This document shows positions 30,124 to 43,820 of a stretch of DNA of 64,000 bases, piece after piece (positions within the stretch are counted from its first letter, which is position 1; each line of letters begins with the position of its first letter). The DNA lies in assembly GCF_009914755.1 (NCBI RefSeq), contig NC_060927.1. One strand, 5' to 3'. The DNA comes from the human T2T-CHM13v2.0 reference genome, Homo sapiens. The position numbers and the translations under genes are program-made. The notes beneath the pieces are model-generated. The model saw only the letters and a program-made list of their open reading frames with translations. It made no database searches and was not told the DNA's origin.

Positions 30124-32945
30124 GGTCTTCCACTTCCCAAGTTCAAGCATCTCTCCACCAATCAACTACTGTTGGGCAAGATCAGCAGTTTTCCCAGGCA
30201 TAGCCAGAGTGATGTCCTAGAAAGAGCTCTGACCTGCAAAGCATGGAAGCATGGGACCTGCATTATGGCTCCAATCCCTGCAGCAAACCCACCATGACCA
30301 CATCTTTAAATTCCCATGGTAAGTTGGGCTGGGTGTTCTCTAAGATTCCTTTCAATACCAAGAACCCATGGATCTGAAATTCAAATTATGGGGAAATGTT
30401 GAAAATGAAGAAACAGAAGAAATGTAGCAGTGGTTTCTTTTTATCTGAACAATGAGGCAAATAGCAAACATATTTCCTTATAGGAAGCCGGCCCCTAGAA
30501 ATAGGGAATGGCAGTTTCCTCCACGGACACAATTATAGGTAGTGAAAAGGGAGAAGAGAGCCCCACTCCTCTGGTTCAACTATGAATCATTTTCAAGGAA
30601 TAGGCTTGACTCATGACTCAATTTTTACTTTCAATTTCTCTCAAAAATGAAGAACTGAATTTTCAACCTCACTAACCAAGCCCATAATTCCTAAGAATAT
30701 GATGTTTTAATATAGGATGGTCACTAAAGTGTTATTGAAGATGCTTTAACTGAACATGAACATGCACTTTGAAATAAAATAGGTATGTATAAATGAACCT
30801 TGAAGATAACTAAAATAAAGTGTATTTCATCAATATTCCATTGAACACAATTTTATGTAGGGTGTGTTTTCATCTCCTGTAAAGGACCCTAACATTCCAT
30901 AGAATATTATATTATAGTAGGCACATTTGGCAATGATGACAGTGTACTGTATTTTTCTTGTAACTACATCTCCGATGAAGTCACTGCAGTCATGACAAAC
31001 TCCAGTCCCACTGGAATGAGGTTCAGAGAACGGACTAAGAGGTAGGACATGGTCTAAGGGAAAGGGTTCTATTATCTGTCAAAACCAGGTAAAAAGGGAA
31101 GGTTTCTAGTTCTTTGAAGGCTAAACGATTAGGTTCTGATGGCTTTTAAATGTTGATCATTTATTATTAATATGAAAGATCATTTTAAAATGTATTATCT
31201 TCTTGTCTTCTCACTTTTGTGAACACAATTGTACATGCTAGAATTTAGCAGATTCAGGACACTGTTAAGGAATGTGGAGTTGTTTGCCATACAAGAAGTA
31301 CTTCTAGATTGCTGTGCTGTTCTAAATGACATTTTTCCTTTCTCCCCATGAGGCCCATTGCCAATCTCCTTTGCCTGTTGGTCAGTGGACCATTGGCAGT
31401 AGATCTAATTCTTGCCAGCTTTCTAGTGCATCTTTTACATGGTCTCATGTTTGCTCTTCTGCTTCTTAACACTGTCTTCTTCTTGCTTTCCTTTGATCTC
31501 TTTCTTCCTGCCTCCTTACTTCGCTGCCCTGTTCTTACAGCCTAGGCTAACCAACGAGAATTCTCATTTTCTGTGGTTGGCAAACCAATCACTTATAGCA
31601 TGTTTGTTTTTTTAAAAAAAAAAAACAAAACGATTTCTTACTTCTTCATGTTTACAATTCTTTTCTGCATTACGATTGGAAGATATCACTGCTCAGGCTC
31701 AGAAATTCTCAGGTATTTCTAAGTTAGCAACTTCCCCAGAAGGTAAGAGGTGAGAGCCTGAAGAATAAATAGGTGGACATGATTAAACATCTCTTGTCTC
31801 TAACATAGATTAGCTGTAATAATCCAAGTGAAAATCTGGGCTTCTGAAGAATAATTAGCATAGAATAAAGAATTGAGGGTTTAACTTTCTGTAAAGAACC
31901 TGGACAATCTTAAGAGAAACACGATTTATGCTTCACTATATAATCATCTATATTTCATAAACAAATAACAATTGTAAGTTTTATTTTTGCTCTTTTTATT
32001 GGTTTCTTTTTTAAAAAAAGATAGATGCTATCCTAGTTACCAGTATAAGGCTCATTTGTACCAATAAATACTCTCAATTATATGTTTGAAAGTCAGAGTT
32101 CTAGCTGAGACTTTATTCACATCCCTTTGTTATTTTATTTGTTGCCTAAGTTGCTGTGTGTGTAATGTTAAAACTTACTGGGAATTAGTGTAATAATGAA
32201 GAGAAAACTGATATGTTCTGTAGGATAAAATGAATGCCATGATCATTCACATTCCTTAATGGTGCTTAATCTAATCAAAGTCCAAGCCAAAAAGCAAATA
32301 CATAAAACTATTAATAATGCAACTGAGTTTACACCAGAAACAAAATATGTTATTCATATAATACAGCAAATTACAGAGAAAGAGTAAATTTTCTTTTCAC
32401 ATATACAAAACTTCATATTTGGTTGCTTCTTTTCTTTCTTTCTTTTTTGTTTACCTAGAACCCAAAAGCTTTTGTCTAACAGTTCAGATCACATTCTTTT
32501 GAATGGAAAGGAATTTATGTCATTTAATGGAGTCAAGAAAGACAATTATTCACATTTTAAAGATATAGAACACTAAAATTTTCAAAAACTCACAAGCCTT
32601 AAGAATTAAATTTGGCCTTTTGGCAGAGATTCACCTACCCAGATCCCCTGAATCATATGCATAACGCAGTGAAAATTTTATGGACTTCATAGTCAAAAAA
32701 TACTCCCTTTAAATCCAACTTCTGTGGCTCACCAGCATGCAACTTTGGACAAGTTACTTTATCTTTCTGAAGATCTGTATTTTTTTATATGTAAAATAAA
32801 ATACTACCAATTTTGTGGAGCTTGAAAATAAGAGACATGGTACAGCACAAAGAAGGTACACAATAAATTGTAAAAATTGCCCTTATTTTTAAAAAGAGTG
32901 CTCTGGTAAGCAGAAAAAATAACTAAATTGGGGTCATGTGTCTAC

Positions 32946-33109
32946 TAGTGCTTCCCAAACCGTAATGTACATAGAAATTACCTGAGTTCTTCTTAAAATG
33001 CAAGCTCTGATTCAGTAGATCTAGGTGAACCCTGAGATTGTGCATTTCTAATAAGCTCCTAGGAGATTCTAATGCTGCTGGTCTATGGATCATACTTTGA
33101 GTAGCAAGA
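32946..33109 (-). mobile_element. MER5B/MER5A hAT MITE
   Basis: Reverse complement tgctactcaaagtatgatccatagaccagcagcatt...tactgaatcag...gtttgggaagcact. Confidence 0.75.
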
Positions 33110-35439
33110 CTCACTAAGAAGCTAGACTCTAAGAATCATTGCAATGTCACTGATTCACAAAAGGCAGAAGTTTCTCAAAGGAAGATTTCACACATCGAGG
33201 TATCAACAGGAAAAAGAAAACAGAAAAATTGGTACTTTGCATAAGCCAATTAACCTCTCTTGGTTTCAAGGAAGGCAGGGGTTTGCCTAAAGTTCCTTTC
33301 TGTTAAAAAGTTTTATGTTTCCATAGAGCTTGTAACCATACTTTTCTCAATTTCAAGTTTTCCGATCACCTGAAAGGGGAAACTGATTATTTGTAAGGGG
33401 AAACTGTATAGAATTCCTTGCAGATATTTAACCTCAGTGAACAGAAAATCTCTCCTTATTTTGGAAGAAGATAAAGAAACTATACAAAAGATGATCAAAA
33501 CTAATCAGATTTATCACTGGATGGGAATCCTTGGTAGATATCTTTGAAATTAGTGAGAATTTTTTAGCATTTTCCTAATAAGATGCCTTATTAATAGGAA
33601 ACATGCAGGGATCACCAAATATTAACTCCATCCCATTTCTGATGAGGAGGCTGAGGTCTGGGGGAGACTCAAACTTTGTCCACACTCACTAGAAGCTTCC
33701 AAGCAAAGACAAAGATTCAGTTCTCCTAAGCCCCATTTAAGCTGCCTCCGAAGTTTTGAATACTTCTTTTCTGATATGAAATCCTCATTATGTTATTAAT
33801 TAAGCCATCATTAATTGCCAAAGAGGTAATATGTAATCTAGAACCAAAACCAAGCTGGGATATAAGTAGAAGACAGATGTGCCCTGACATAGTGGATGAT
33901 ATTTACTCAGTTTCCGATGGTCCCAGAGATTTAGTCTAAGATGCAACAAGCCAAAAAATGTAGCCTTCTTCCTCTGCCAGAATTTATAGTCAAATGCTTA
34001 AAGTTTCCATTAAGCCCATGACATTTCATCATCTTCTCAACAGACCTGTAGTTATTCCAATTGAAATAAAGAAAAACTCAGTGTTCTGGGAGACCACCTC
34101 CTGTAGGCCTGGCTCAAGAGCTCAATTTCTTAGTCTGACCTTGAAAACTAAGACAAGCATCATCAAGACTGCTGAGGTTTCGTCAAATTCCTACCATGCA
34201 AAGACCATGATGCTCTGGTTTAAAAGCTGAAAATAGCATCCTTTCGGTGGCACAGCTAAACCCTGCAACTGATTTTATGGTAGTAAAACTTCAGGGAAGC
34301 TTTCAAAGTTTTTCTGATCTGATTGGCAGTGCATTTCTCTAAGTCTACCATGACTTCCAGAACAAGTTGGCGGTCCATCTCCAGTTAGTCTAAAAAAGTC
34401 ACAGCTCATGACCTCTATGATCAGAGACCTAGAAGACACAATTGTACAAACCTCCATCTTGACCATCATGTGAAAGAAGATGGTTGTTCTTCTGAAGGGT
34501 ACACAATGTGAAACATGACTGGCAAGTTTTCTCCATAAACAGAGCAAATCTCTTCCCTCACAGAGCTGCCTTTATTTGAGCAAGACATTTGCAAAGCTTA
34601 GAGTCTCCTTGAATCTATTAGAAACCCTTCCCTGAGTGAGGAAACAGACATTGTAAATGAACCATGACTCAGAAACCCCCTTGTACCAGAAAATATCCTA
34701 CAGATTCCAGAGGCATTTTATGTTCTATTTTCCTGACATACTAGTTCTAACTATCTGATTCATTTATTTTTTTGTTTAATGCTTTAACCAGTTTCTGCAG
34801 ATTATTACAGTCAAACAAGTGATTTCTTTCAGGGTTAGTTTTTTTTTCTCCTTCTGACTTTGGAAGGGTTTCAGATTCAGTTGAAGGAAAGACTCTGTTA
34901 TATACTACAGAAACACTCAACACCATATATTCAGCTTAACTACAATAAGAAAAGCCAGACCCAGATGTCCCAAGCTAAATCGAGGGAAAAGAGGAAAATT
35001 AAAATTTAGTGTTCATTTGCAGAAACCCCCCCCCCACTTGCATGTGCCTCAGATAACCAGTTGGAATCAACGAAAATTTATAAGCTTACAGAATAAAAAT
35101 CTAATTCTCCTGTCTCAGAGGACCTTGGAGCACTTTCAATTTTTTATGTACTACACAGATGACTTCAGTGGCACCAGATCACTTATCAATTAAGAGAGAA
35201 GAAATGTGCATGTCCATGCTCTTTGCACGAGAAAACGGAGCTATGATTAACAATCTCAAGTTGTCCATACACTTGATCTGCATTTAACATGCAGGCATTC
35301 TCTCAAATTCTATCCAGATATGGTCATAGTTGTTGATACAAATCAAAAATTTTAAAAAGATCTGAGCTTTAATTCAGAAATTCCATTTACAGAAATAAGA
35401 TTATGCAAGAAAATGTATCTAATAAAGAGACAACTCTAT

Positions 35440-35640
35440 GTAACATTTGTTGATTATGAATTAGGCCCTGTACTAAAACTTTATATCTAGTGTCTTCGAG
35501 TCACCCTATGAGGTATGTCCGACCACTATATTACTTTACAGCTGAGGAAACAAAGGTTTAGAAAAGGCATTTTGATTGGTCAAACAGTAAGCGATAGAGC
35601 ATATTTAAAAGCCCACATTCTTAGCCACTTTATTTTGCTG
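35440..35640 (-). mobile_element. MIR SINE
   Basis: accctatgaggta...tttacagctgaggaaacaaaggtttaga. Confidence 0.55.
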
Positions 35641-35651
35641 TGTCTGAGTGT

Positions 35652-36020
35652 TAGAGCATTATTTATAATAATGAAAAATCTAAGCAATCAAATGTCCAAC
35701 AATAGAAGCTTTGAGAAAATAAACACAATGGAATTCAGTGCAGCCATATGTTGAAGAAGAATAGTATTCTACAACATGGGAAAATGTTTGCAACACAGTG
35801 AGTGAAAAAGTAAAGCAATTTTTCAAAGCAGATAGCATAGAGCCTTTTGGTAACAGGATCTATACAGAAGGAAAAAAAGATGAAAAGATAACACATGGAT
35901 AATGTGGAAGGTGGTTATCTCTGAGGGTGAGCCTGTGTATTATAGTTTTCTTTGCTATGTTTTGTATTTTAACAATATTCTACAATAAACACTGCAGAAA
36001 TACTTTTCTATCTGAAAAAT
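35652..36020 (+). mobile_element. Ancient L1M (L1ME/L1MC-like) 3' end
   Basis: gcattatttataata...aaatgtccaacaatag...caatggaattcagtgcagccat...gtggttatctctg. Confidence 0.65.
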
Positions 36021-36794
36021 TAATGAACAAAATGGCAGCCATTATCTAGTAAAAATCCCCCCAACAGTTCTCCCTACACGAAAATATAATTTTGGCTGAG
36101 TTTGCTCCATCCATTGTAACACAGATTTCTTTTTGCAAAAAGCCTATGTGAAAACTTCAGCTAAAAAATTTTAATAATATTTTAAGAAAGAAGTCATTAG
36201 CATTTTCCCAATGATTCTGTCAGGTAAGTACATGCTCCTTTGGGAGACCCTAGTGACACAGTTCAGTGGGAAAGTCATTTAATATCTTGAGGCACAATCT
36301 AAGCTAAAAGTTACAGCACAACTTCAAGACGGTGGACACTCAGGCAGGGAAAAGGAACCTCTGATGCTCAGGCATGTCACCAGGAGATTGGCAAATGGCA
36401 TCGCTGTGCTCATAGGAGACACCTGGAGCATCCAAACATGGTGGTGAATTAATGTTTGCCTTCCATCCTTCTCAGTTCACTCAACCTGAAAAGTGTTTTT
36501 CACCTTTTGAAATCCGTCTGATTTAAAGTCAATGAATAGTTTTCTGCACTAATAGCATGAAACATATGAGAACCAGTTTATAGCAGTCACAAATTTAGTA
36601 ATTGCTGAAGTAAAAGGGCTAGAAGAGTAATTGCAGTTAATATGAGATTAATTGAGCTGCACGTGGAGCAGAGAAGATTGTGCAAGACAGTCTTCAGAAT
36701 CCTTCTTCCAAATGCAAAATCATAAAATGTTGGTATCACTTAGGCATCCAGTTAGTAACATAAGGCTAACAGAGAATGTAGGAGGAAGAGACTG

Positions 36795-36960
36795 CATTTA
36801 ATGAATGCCTACTATGTGCCAGATATTGTATGTATACACGTTAAATCTTTGTGACAACCCTATTAGGTAGAAATTAATCAACCCCCAATTTACAAATGAG
36901 GACATTGAAAACCAGAGAAATCTACATTCAGAGCCTATATTCTTTCTACTAGATTACTTT
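36795..36960 (-). mobile_element. MIR SINE
   Basis: tgcctactatgtgccag...acaaccctattaggtag...tttacaaatgaggacattga. Confidence 0.6.
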
Positions 36961-37938
36961 TTTTCAATAACAAGCATGGATATATAACAGAGAGCTTCTC
37001 AAGGTATGAATTCTTTTTTAAAGCCTCTTCGAGCTTTTTATAATTATTGGTATTCCCTTTCCCTCACATGTCACAGAAATACTAATATGTAAACTTTTTA
37101 GTATTTCCAATTCATTTTTTAGTAAAAATTTTGATGTTTAAATGCATATATTATCATTTAAAGTCACAGAGCTATGCTAGTCTCTGTATTCTTTATCAAG
37201 TGCTGTTATTTTTAGCTCTTAATGTAGTATAATAGCTTTGTATTTTGTTAAGGTAAAGGATTTGCACTTCATTTAGGTGAGTCTAGGTAGCTAATTATGT
37301 CAAAGAATGAGGTTTTGAGTATACTATAGGCCGATATTTTCACACAAATTAATTCTTGGTCTAAAATAAAAGGAAACCTCTTCAGCTATTCAAAAGGAAG
37401 TCATTGTCCTTACTGACTATAAATAATAATAGGGCTTTATCTTGTCCATTTGGTTATTAAAAAGAAGATGAACTTGTGTTGACCAAAGAACTGGTGAACT
37501 TGATGTGGTGAAGCTAATGGAAATCTCCACTCAGATGTGAGTTATGTCCAGGTCTAAGTTTTTTGCAGCAATCTCTTGTACAGAAGATGGAATCACGAGG
37601 GAGAGAATATTTATTAAAATAAAAAGCATCCCATCACAGAGAGGAGTTGAGAGATTATTGCTATCTTTTCTATCATTGTAACTCCTTTTCAGGACAAAAT
37701 ATGTGTGTATGAAAGATAGCTAAGTGGTAACTAGAGACAGAAATAAATTAATGAAGTGGTGAGTTCAATTGTGTCTCCTCAAATTCATATGTTGAAATCC
37801 TAACCTCTAATACCTCAGAATGTGGTCATAAGGAGGTAGTCTTTAAAGTGATAATTAAGTTAAAATGAAGTCACTAAGGTAGGCTCTAGTCCAATATGAC
37901 TGGTATCCCTATAAGAAGAGGAGATTAGAACACAGTCA

Positions 37939-38097
<159 letters not shown>

Positions 38098-38166
38098 AGA
38101 AACCAACCTTGATCTTGGACTTCCAGACTTCAGAACTTCAACAAAATAAATGTCTGTTGTTTAAGC

Positions 38167-38491
38167 CAGTGGTCCCCAACCTTTTGTAAACCAGGGACCT
38201 GTTTCATGGAAGACAATTTTTTCATGGACTGTGGGGGGTTGGTTTTGGGATGAAACTTCCACCTCAGATCATCAGGCATTAGATTCTCATAAAGAGCCTA
38301 GATCCTTCACATGCGCAGTTCACAATAGGGTTCACTTGCCTATGAGAATCGAATGCTGTCAGTCATCTGACAGAGGTGGAGCTTAGGCAGCAGTGCTCAC
38401 CTGACAGCTGCTCACCTTCTGCTATGCGGCCCAGTTCCTAACAGGCCTAATAACAGGCCGTGGACCGGTACTGCAGGATTGCAGACCCCTG
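38167..38491 (-). mobile_element. MER1B-like hAT-Charlie DNA transposon
   Basis: Termini cagtggtcccc...gacccctg; 8-bp TSD gtttaagc (38159-38166) / ctttaagc (38492-38499). Confidence 0.88.
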
Positions 38492-41342
38492 CTTTAAGCT
38501 ACTCAGTCTATGGTATTTTGTTATGACAGCCCTAGCAAATGAATATATAAATCTTAAAATTTGTTGGAAAAGAATATGCTCATGAGGTCATACACACTCT
38601 ATTGTACCTTTTTTCTACTTGCAAAATATCTTTTATCTCAAATTATTTTTTGTAAACAAAACTCTTAAGGCTATTATCTACTTTTTCAGACCAACAAACT
38701 AAAAGAATGAGAGCTTTTGTGGTAAAAGGGATTGGAATCAAAGGTCAATGCCCTTGGTCTGGGTTTTCACCCTGACATCACCTGGAAGTCTCTGTGCTAG
38801 GCACTGGGAAGGGAAAAAAATAAAAGAAAGGTGCAAAGAAAATGAAAAGAGACTCTGTCTTCAAGAAGCTCATAGTCTAGAGAAGGAGCCAGACACTTGG
38901 ATACTAGAAAACAAAGCCAAAAATATATGAATGTGGTATAACCAAAGAGCCACAGGAACAATAGGCAGAATATAATTAATTTTAGCTAAGGATATACAAA
39001 AGATATCATGAGTGTCAGTTGAAATGAGAGACTGGAGTCAACTCTAAACTTCCTTGTCAATATAAAATGCTGTGGTAACAGCCAGAATGAAAACTCAGAA
39101 TACTTGATCAGATATGCTGTATATAAGCTTTTCCTGTCATTCCAGCTATAGGATCCCCAAACTGCTGGACAATTCAATCAAGCTTCCTATTAAACCACTG
39201 TGTATAGGTGTTACGTGTGTGGGTGTGTATCTGTCTGTCTTAGGGTTGGTGTAGAGAAGATTCACTTTTTTAATTAAATAATTTTGCAGTATAAAGAATA
39301 GATTACATTGACTCAGATTCAGTCTAAGCAGTGAATGTAACCTCAGATGCAAGCTGCAAAATGGAAGGAATGTATCTATCTTATTCTCCATCACAAGCTC
39401 AGAGACTAGCATGCTATCTGACCCATAGCACATGTTCAACAAATATTTGTTGCCTGAATGTTGCATGGATGAGTAAACATATTTTCTACCAGATGAGATG
39501 TAAAGTTTATAGGGAGAAAACATCTTGAAAATTCGGCTCTAGAAATATCCTAACTCATACATGTCCAGTAGCTAGATGTAGTAACAGGTTTAATGGGTTT
39601 AACATGAAAAGATTTTAGTTCCAGGCCCTTCCACACTTAATAGTTGCATACCTTATACTGTGTCACTAATCCCTCTTAGTCTCCATGTCATTATTGGCCA
39701 AATAGAGTCAATGATATTACCACTTCTCTACGTCAGTGTATTGTTGTGAAGATCAAATAAGATATTGTGCATAAAAAATCCTCAACAACAAAGCAAGAGG
39801 AATGGCATAAATGCAGAATCAGGTAGTCTCTGTGTTGCAGAGTCCCACTGTCTCTCCTACAGCTGAAAGTTCAAAGATATAGCTTGACTTGTACTTTGCA
39901 GAAGGGCACTTAACTCTAAAAGAAGAAAATAAACTTTGAAAAATGATTAAGAATGGCGTGAGTTTAGAGAAGTTAGAAGTAGAATGTTCATTGATGCCTT
40001 CCCTGGTAAGATTCTACTTTGAACAGTAAGTCTATTCCATTCATAGAACTAGCTAAAGGTAATTTGTTTTTCAATAAATCCTCATTTCCAATATTCTGGA
40101 TGGCCTCTGGCAGAAAATGTTATATAGCTATAAAATGCAATCTTTCATCAGGGCCATTTTAAGACTTTTGCCTGTCCTAGCTACTTAATTTTGGAAGCTG
40201 CATCCTATGTTATATCAAAAATTAAAATGTAACCACACTCTATATTTAACATAATTAAAACACAACTCTAGATGATTTGAATTATACTGGACTGGATGAC
40301 ATAGTACTACATTAATAAACATTTATTAATTGTGATTTTATCATTTTCATTCATATTTTTAAGCCAGTAATTTTTTTCAAGTAATTTTTTAGGCCCTTGG
40401 AAAACTAATAGCTCTCAGGTTCTAGGCTTACAGTGGTAACAGATAAAACAATTCCTGTATTTCATAATTGTCTAATTAGTTACTTTGTATAATTGCACTG
40501 GATTTTGAATAAGGAGAAAAAGGCCTCCCGCACTATTTCCTAGTAATCTGTGTCCACAGGTCTATTTTCCCTAACTGCTATGTTTGCCTAAGACTGGTCA
40601 TTTGTTACCTGCTAGTTCCAATTGATTTCCTTTGCCTTTGCCTCCTTTAGCCATGAGTGCAAAGAACAGACCATACGATTTATACCAGCCATCTAGTACC
40701 AATCATTAGATAACAAGACCCTTTACTGAAAGCATTTAGAGTAAAACAATACTTTAGGTTTACCTTTGCTTTCATTTCCTTCTTTATTACACTAGGTTCA
40801 AAGTGAGGCCAAAAATGGTATCACAAGGCCTATTTAGACATCCAAGCAAAGAATGCCAAGTCATTCTAAATAAATCCCCCAGCTGCAGTAGAATTTTACA
40901 CATTTTCAAGTGCAAGTTTCTAATAACATTTTTGGGCTTGTTTTTCCCCTTGTCTGTTTCAGTCACTGACTTTATATATAAGGGGAAATGAGTCATATTA
41001 AATTATGCTCCAGCAAATGTCCTATAAAGACATATCTAAGCCATCCTGTTTGCTAATAAAAAGATAAGATTTGTCCTCTGAAAGAAGCAAGGTTGAACTA
41101 TGCCAAAGAGCTTACAGCCAGAGTTAGACAAACCCAAAGTCATTAGCTGGTGGGGAAATCTGAACTTGTGGCCTTTCTTCAAGTGGGAGGAGTAGGAAGG
41201 GAGTAGCAGGGACCTGTCAGCCTTGGAAACTCAAGCTTGTGGCGAGAGGCTGGGAACTTCCTGTGGTTACTAAGAGGCTGCGATACCTTGCATAGATGTC
41301 CTGATAATTGTTTTCTAAAGTTGGCACTGCCTACTGGCTTAC

Positions 41343-41400
41343 CGTTGCTAGTAGAACATTATCAAAACCGGGGTCTTCCAGAATTATAGGTCTCTAAGAC
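41343..41400 (-). other. Candidate 58-nt internal non-coding (5'UTR/lncRNA) exon
   Basis: Minus strand: cctttatttcttctatgtag|GTCTTAG...GCAACG|gtaagc; stops in all three frames. Confidence 0.45.
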
Positions 41401-42092
41401 CTACATAGAAGAAATAAAGGTCCCTTGACCTGTTGCCAAATGGTACCACAAGAAAAAAAAGCCCTTATTTCAAACTTTGAGCTCAAGTTAACTTCCCTAC
41501 TTTGTAATTCCCTGATGGATTCCCTGATTTACTCACCTGATTAGATTCAAAGTCGCACAGACTAATTTCAATATTTTCCATGGTAAATACAATTAGGTAG
41601 ACTGGTCTGCCACAAATCCTAAAGCCAAATACACACGGTTGTGAGATTTTTAGATTCTCCTGTTTGGGGTTCTCAATTCAGTAGCATGAATTAGTACTTA
41701 CATATAGAAATGGCTAAGAGCATCCAGCATACCAGGTAAATGAGGTGTAAGGCAACACGAGATGGCACAGACCAAGGGGTTAGGAGAGGCCATGCTCCAT
41801 CTAAAGGAGGGAGCTGCTATCAGGTATGGCTGAGTGTTGCCATGGAGAAAACTGGTTTGATATGGCCACATAATCTGATACTTCAAGATAAATCAGAAAT
41901 TTGGATTTTGGGGTGAGGTTTTTCACCTTTTTTTTTTTCACATTGTGTTAGCCAAACTACATGTGTCTACAAACTGACTGTAGGCCAGAGAGACAACAGT
42001 TCGAGACCTAGTATGAATCTTGTTTAATTCTCTCCCTTTGTCATGAAGAAAAGTGATAGTTCCACTGTCATTTTTGTGATAGTACTACTGTC

Positions 42093-42384
42093 TTTTTTTT
42101 TTTTAGACAGAGTCTTGCTCTGTCACCCAGGCTGGAGTGCAGTGGCACTATCTTGGCTCGCCACAACCTCTGCCTCCCAGGTTCAGGTGATTCTCCTGCC
42201 TCAGCCTCCTGAGTAGCTGGGATTACAGGGGTGCACCATCACACTCGGCTACTTTTGTATTTTTGGTAGAGACAGGGTTTCACCATGTTGGCCAGGCTGG
42301 TCTCGAACTCCTGACCCCAGATGATCCACTGGCCTCAGCCTCTCAAAGTGCTGGGATTATAGGCGTGAGCCACTGTGCCGGGCT
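42093..42384 (-). mobile_element. Full-length AluS
   Basis: T tail and both arms. Confidence 0.95.
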
Positions 42385-43113
42385 GTCATTTTTTTCTTCT
42401 CATTATTTAGCCTTAGCTGATCTCAAAGACTTATGAAACAGTAAAGCAGATGTCAATGTCTCCCTCTCTAACACACAAACAGACATATACTTTCTTCATT
42501 AAAAATTACAGAAAACATTTAAAATATGAAGGTTCATCATGTGGATAAATTATTTCAACCTCATAGAACACAAAAAGCCCTGTTAGGCTATACATCTATT
42601 TCATTCTTCTTCTTTACTATTGAATTTTAAAATGTGTGCACAGTGAGGTGACCCTTATATCAAAGACTACAAACAGTGCTTAAAGATATGCAGCACCTTT
42701 TTAAAGAAACACACCTTCTTATAAGCACAGTTAAAAGGGAAAAGGTTAAAGGCTACAGTAGATTGTTCTATTCTGTGCCAAGATTCTGCTCCAGCTGCAA
42801 CTAAATAGTGGTTCTCAGGCTTAATTAAATAAAGACCCGTGTAAATTCTAACTGTTTACTATGTGATTAGAACTTCTCTGGGCAAAAAGCTCATATTTGA
42901 TTTCCTTGCTGTCTGCACTTGCCCAAACCCTTTACCCACCAGGTATGTACTGAAGCTGTGTAAACTCAACATTTTTCTTTTGGAATCAAGGGTAAGATAT
43001 AAAAGTTTATAGAAACGGTGAGACCCAATTGTGGAAAATTCATTTTATGTAAATGGAAAAAAAGTATTCTATATATTAGAACCAATGTTGTCATGATGAA
43101 ATTTCTTTGACTA

Positions 43114-43820
<707 letters not shown>

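Noticed and set aside
31254-31545. Opposing 72-aa and 65-aa ORFs with charged or hydrophobic composition
   Set aside because: Explained by a purine/pyrimidine-skewed tract; no convincing splice sites or protein similarity
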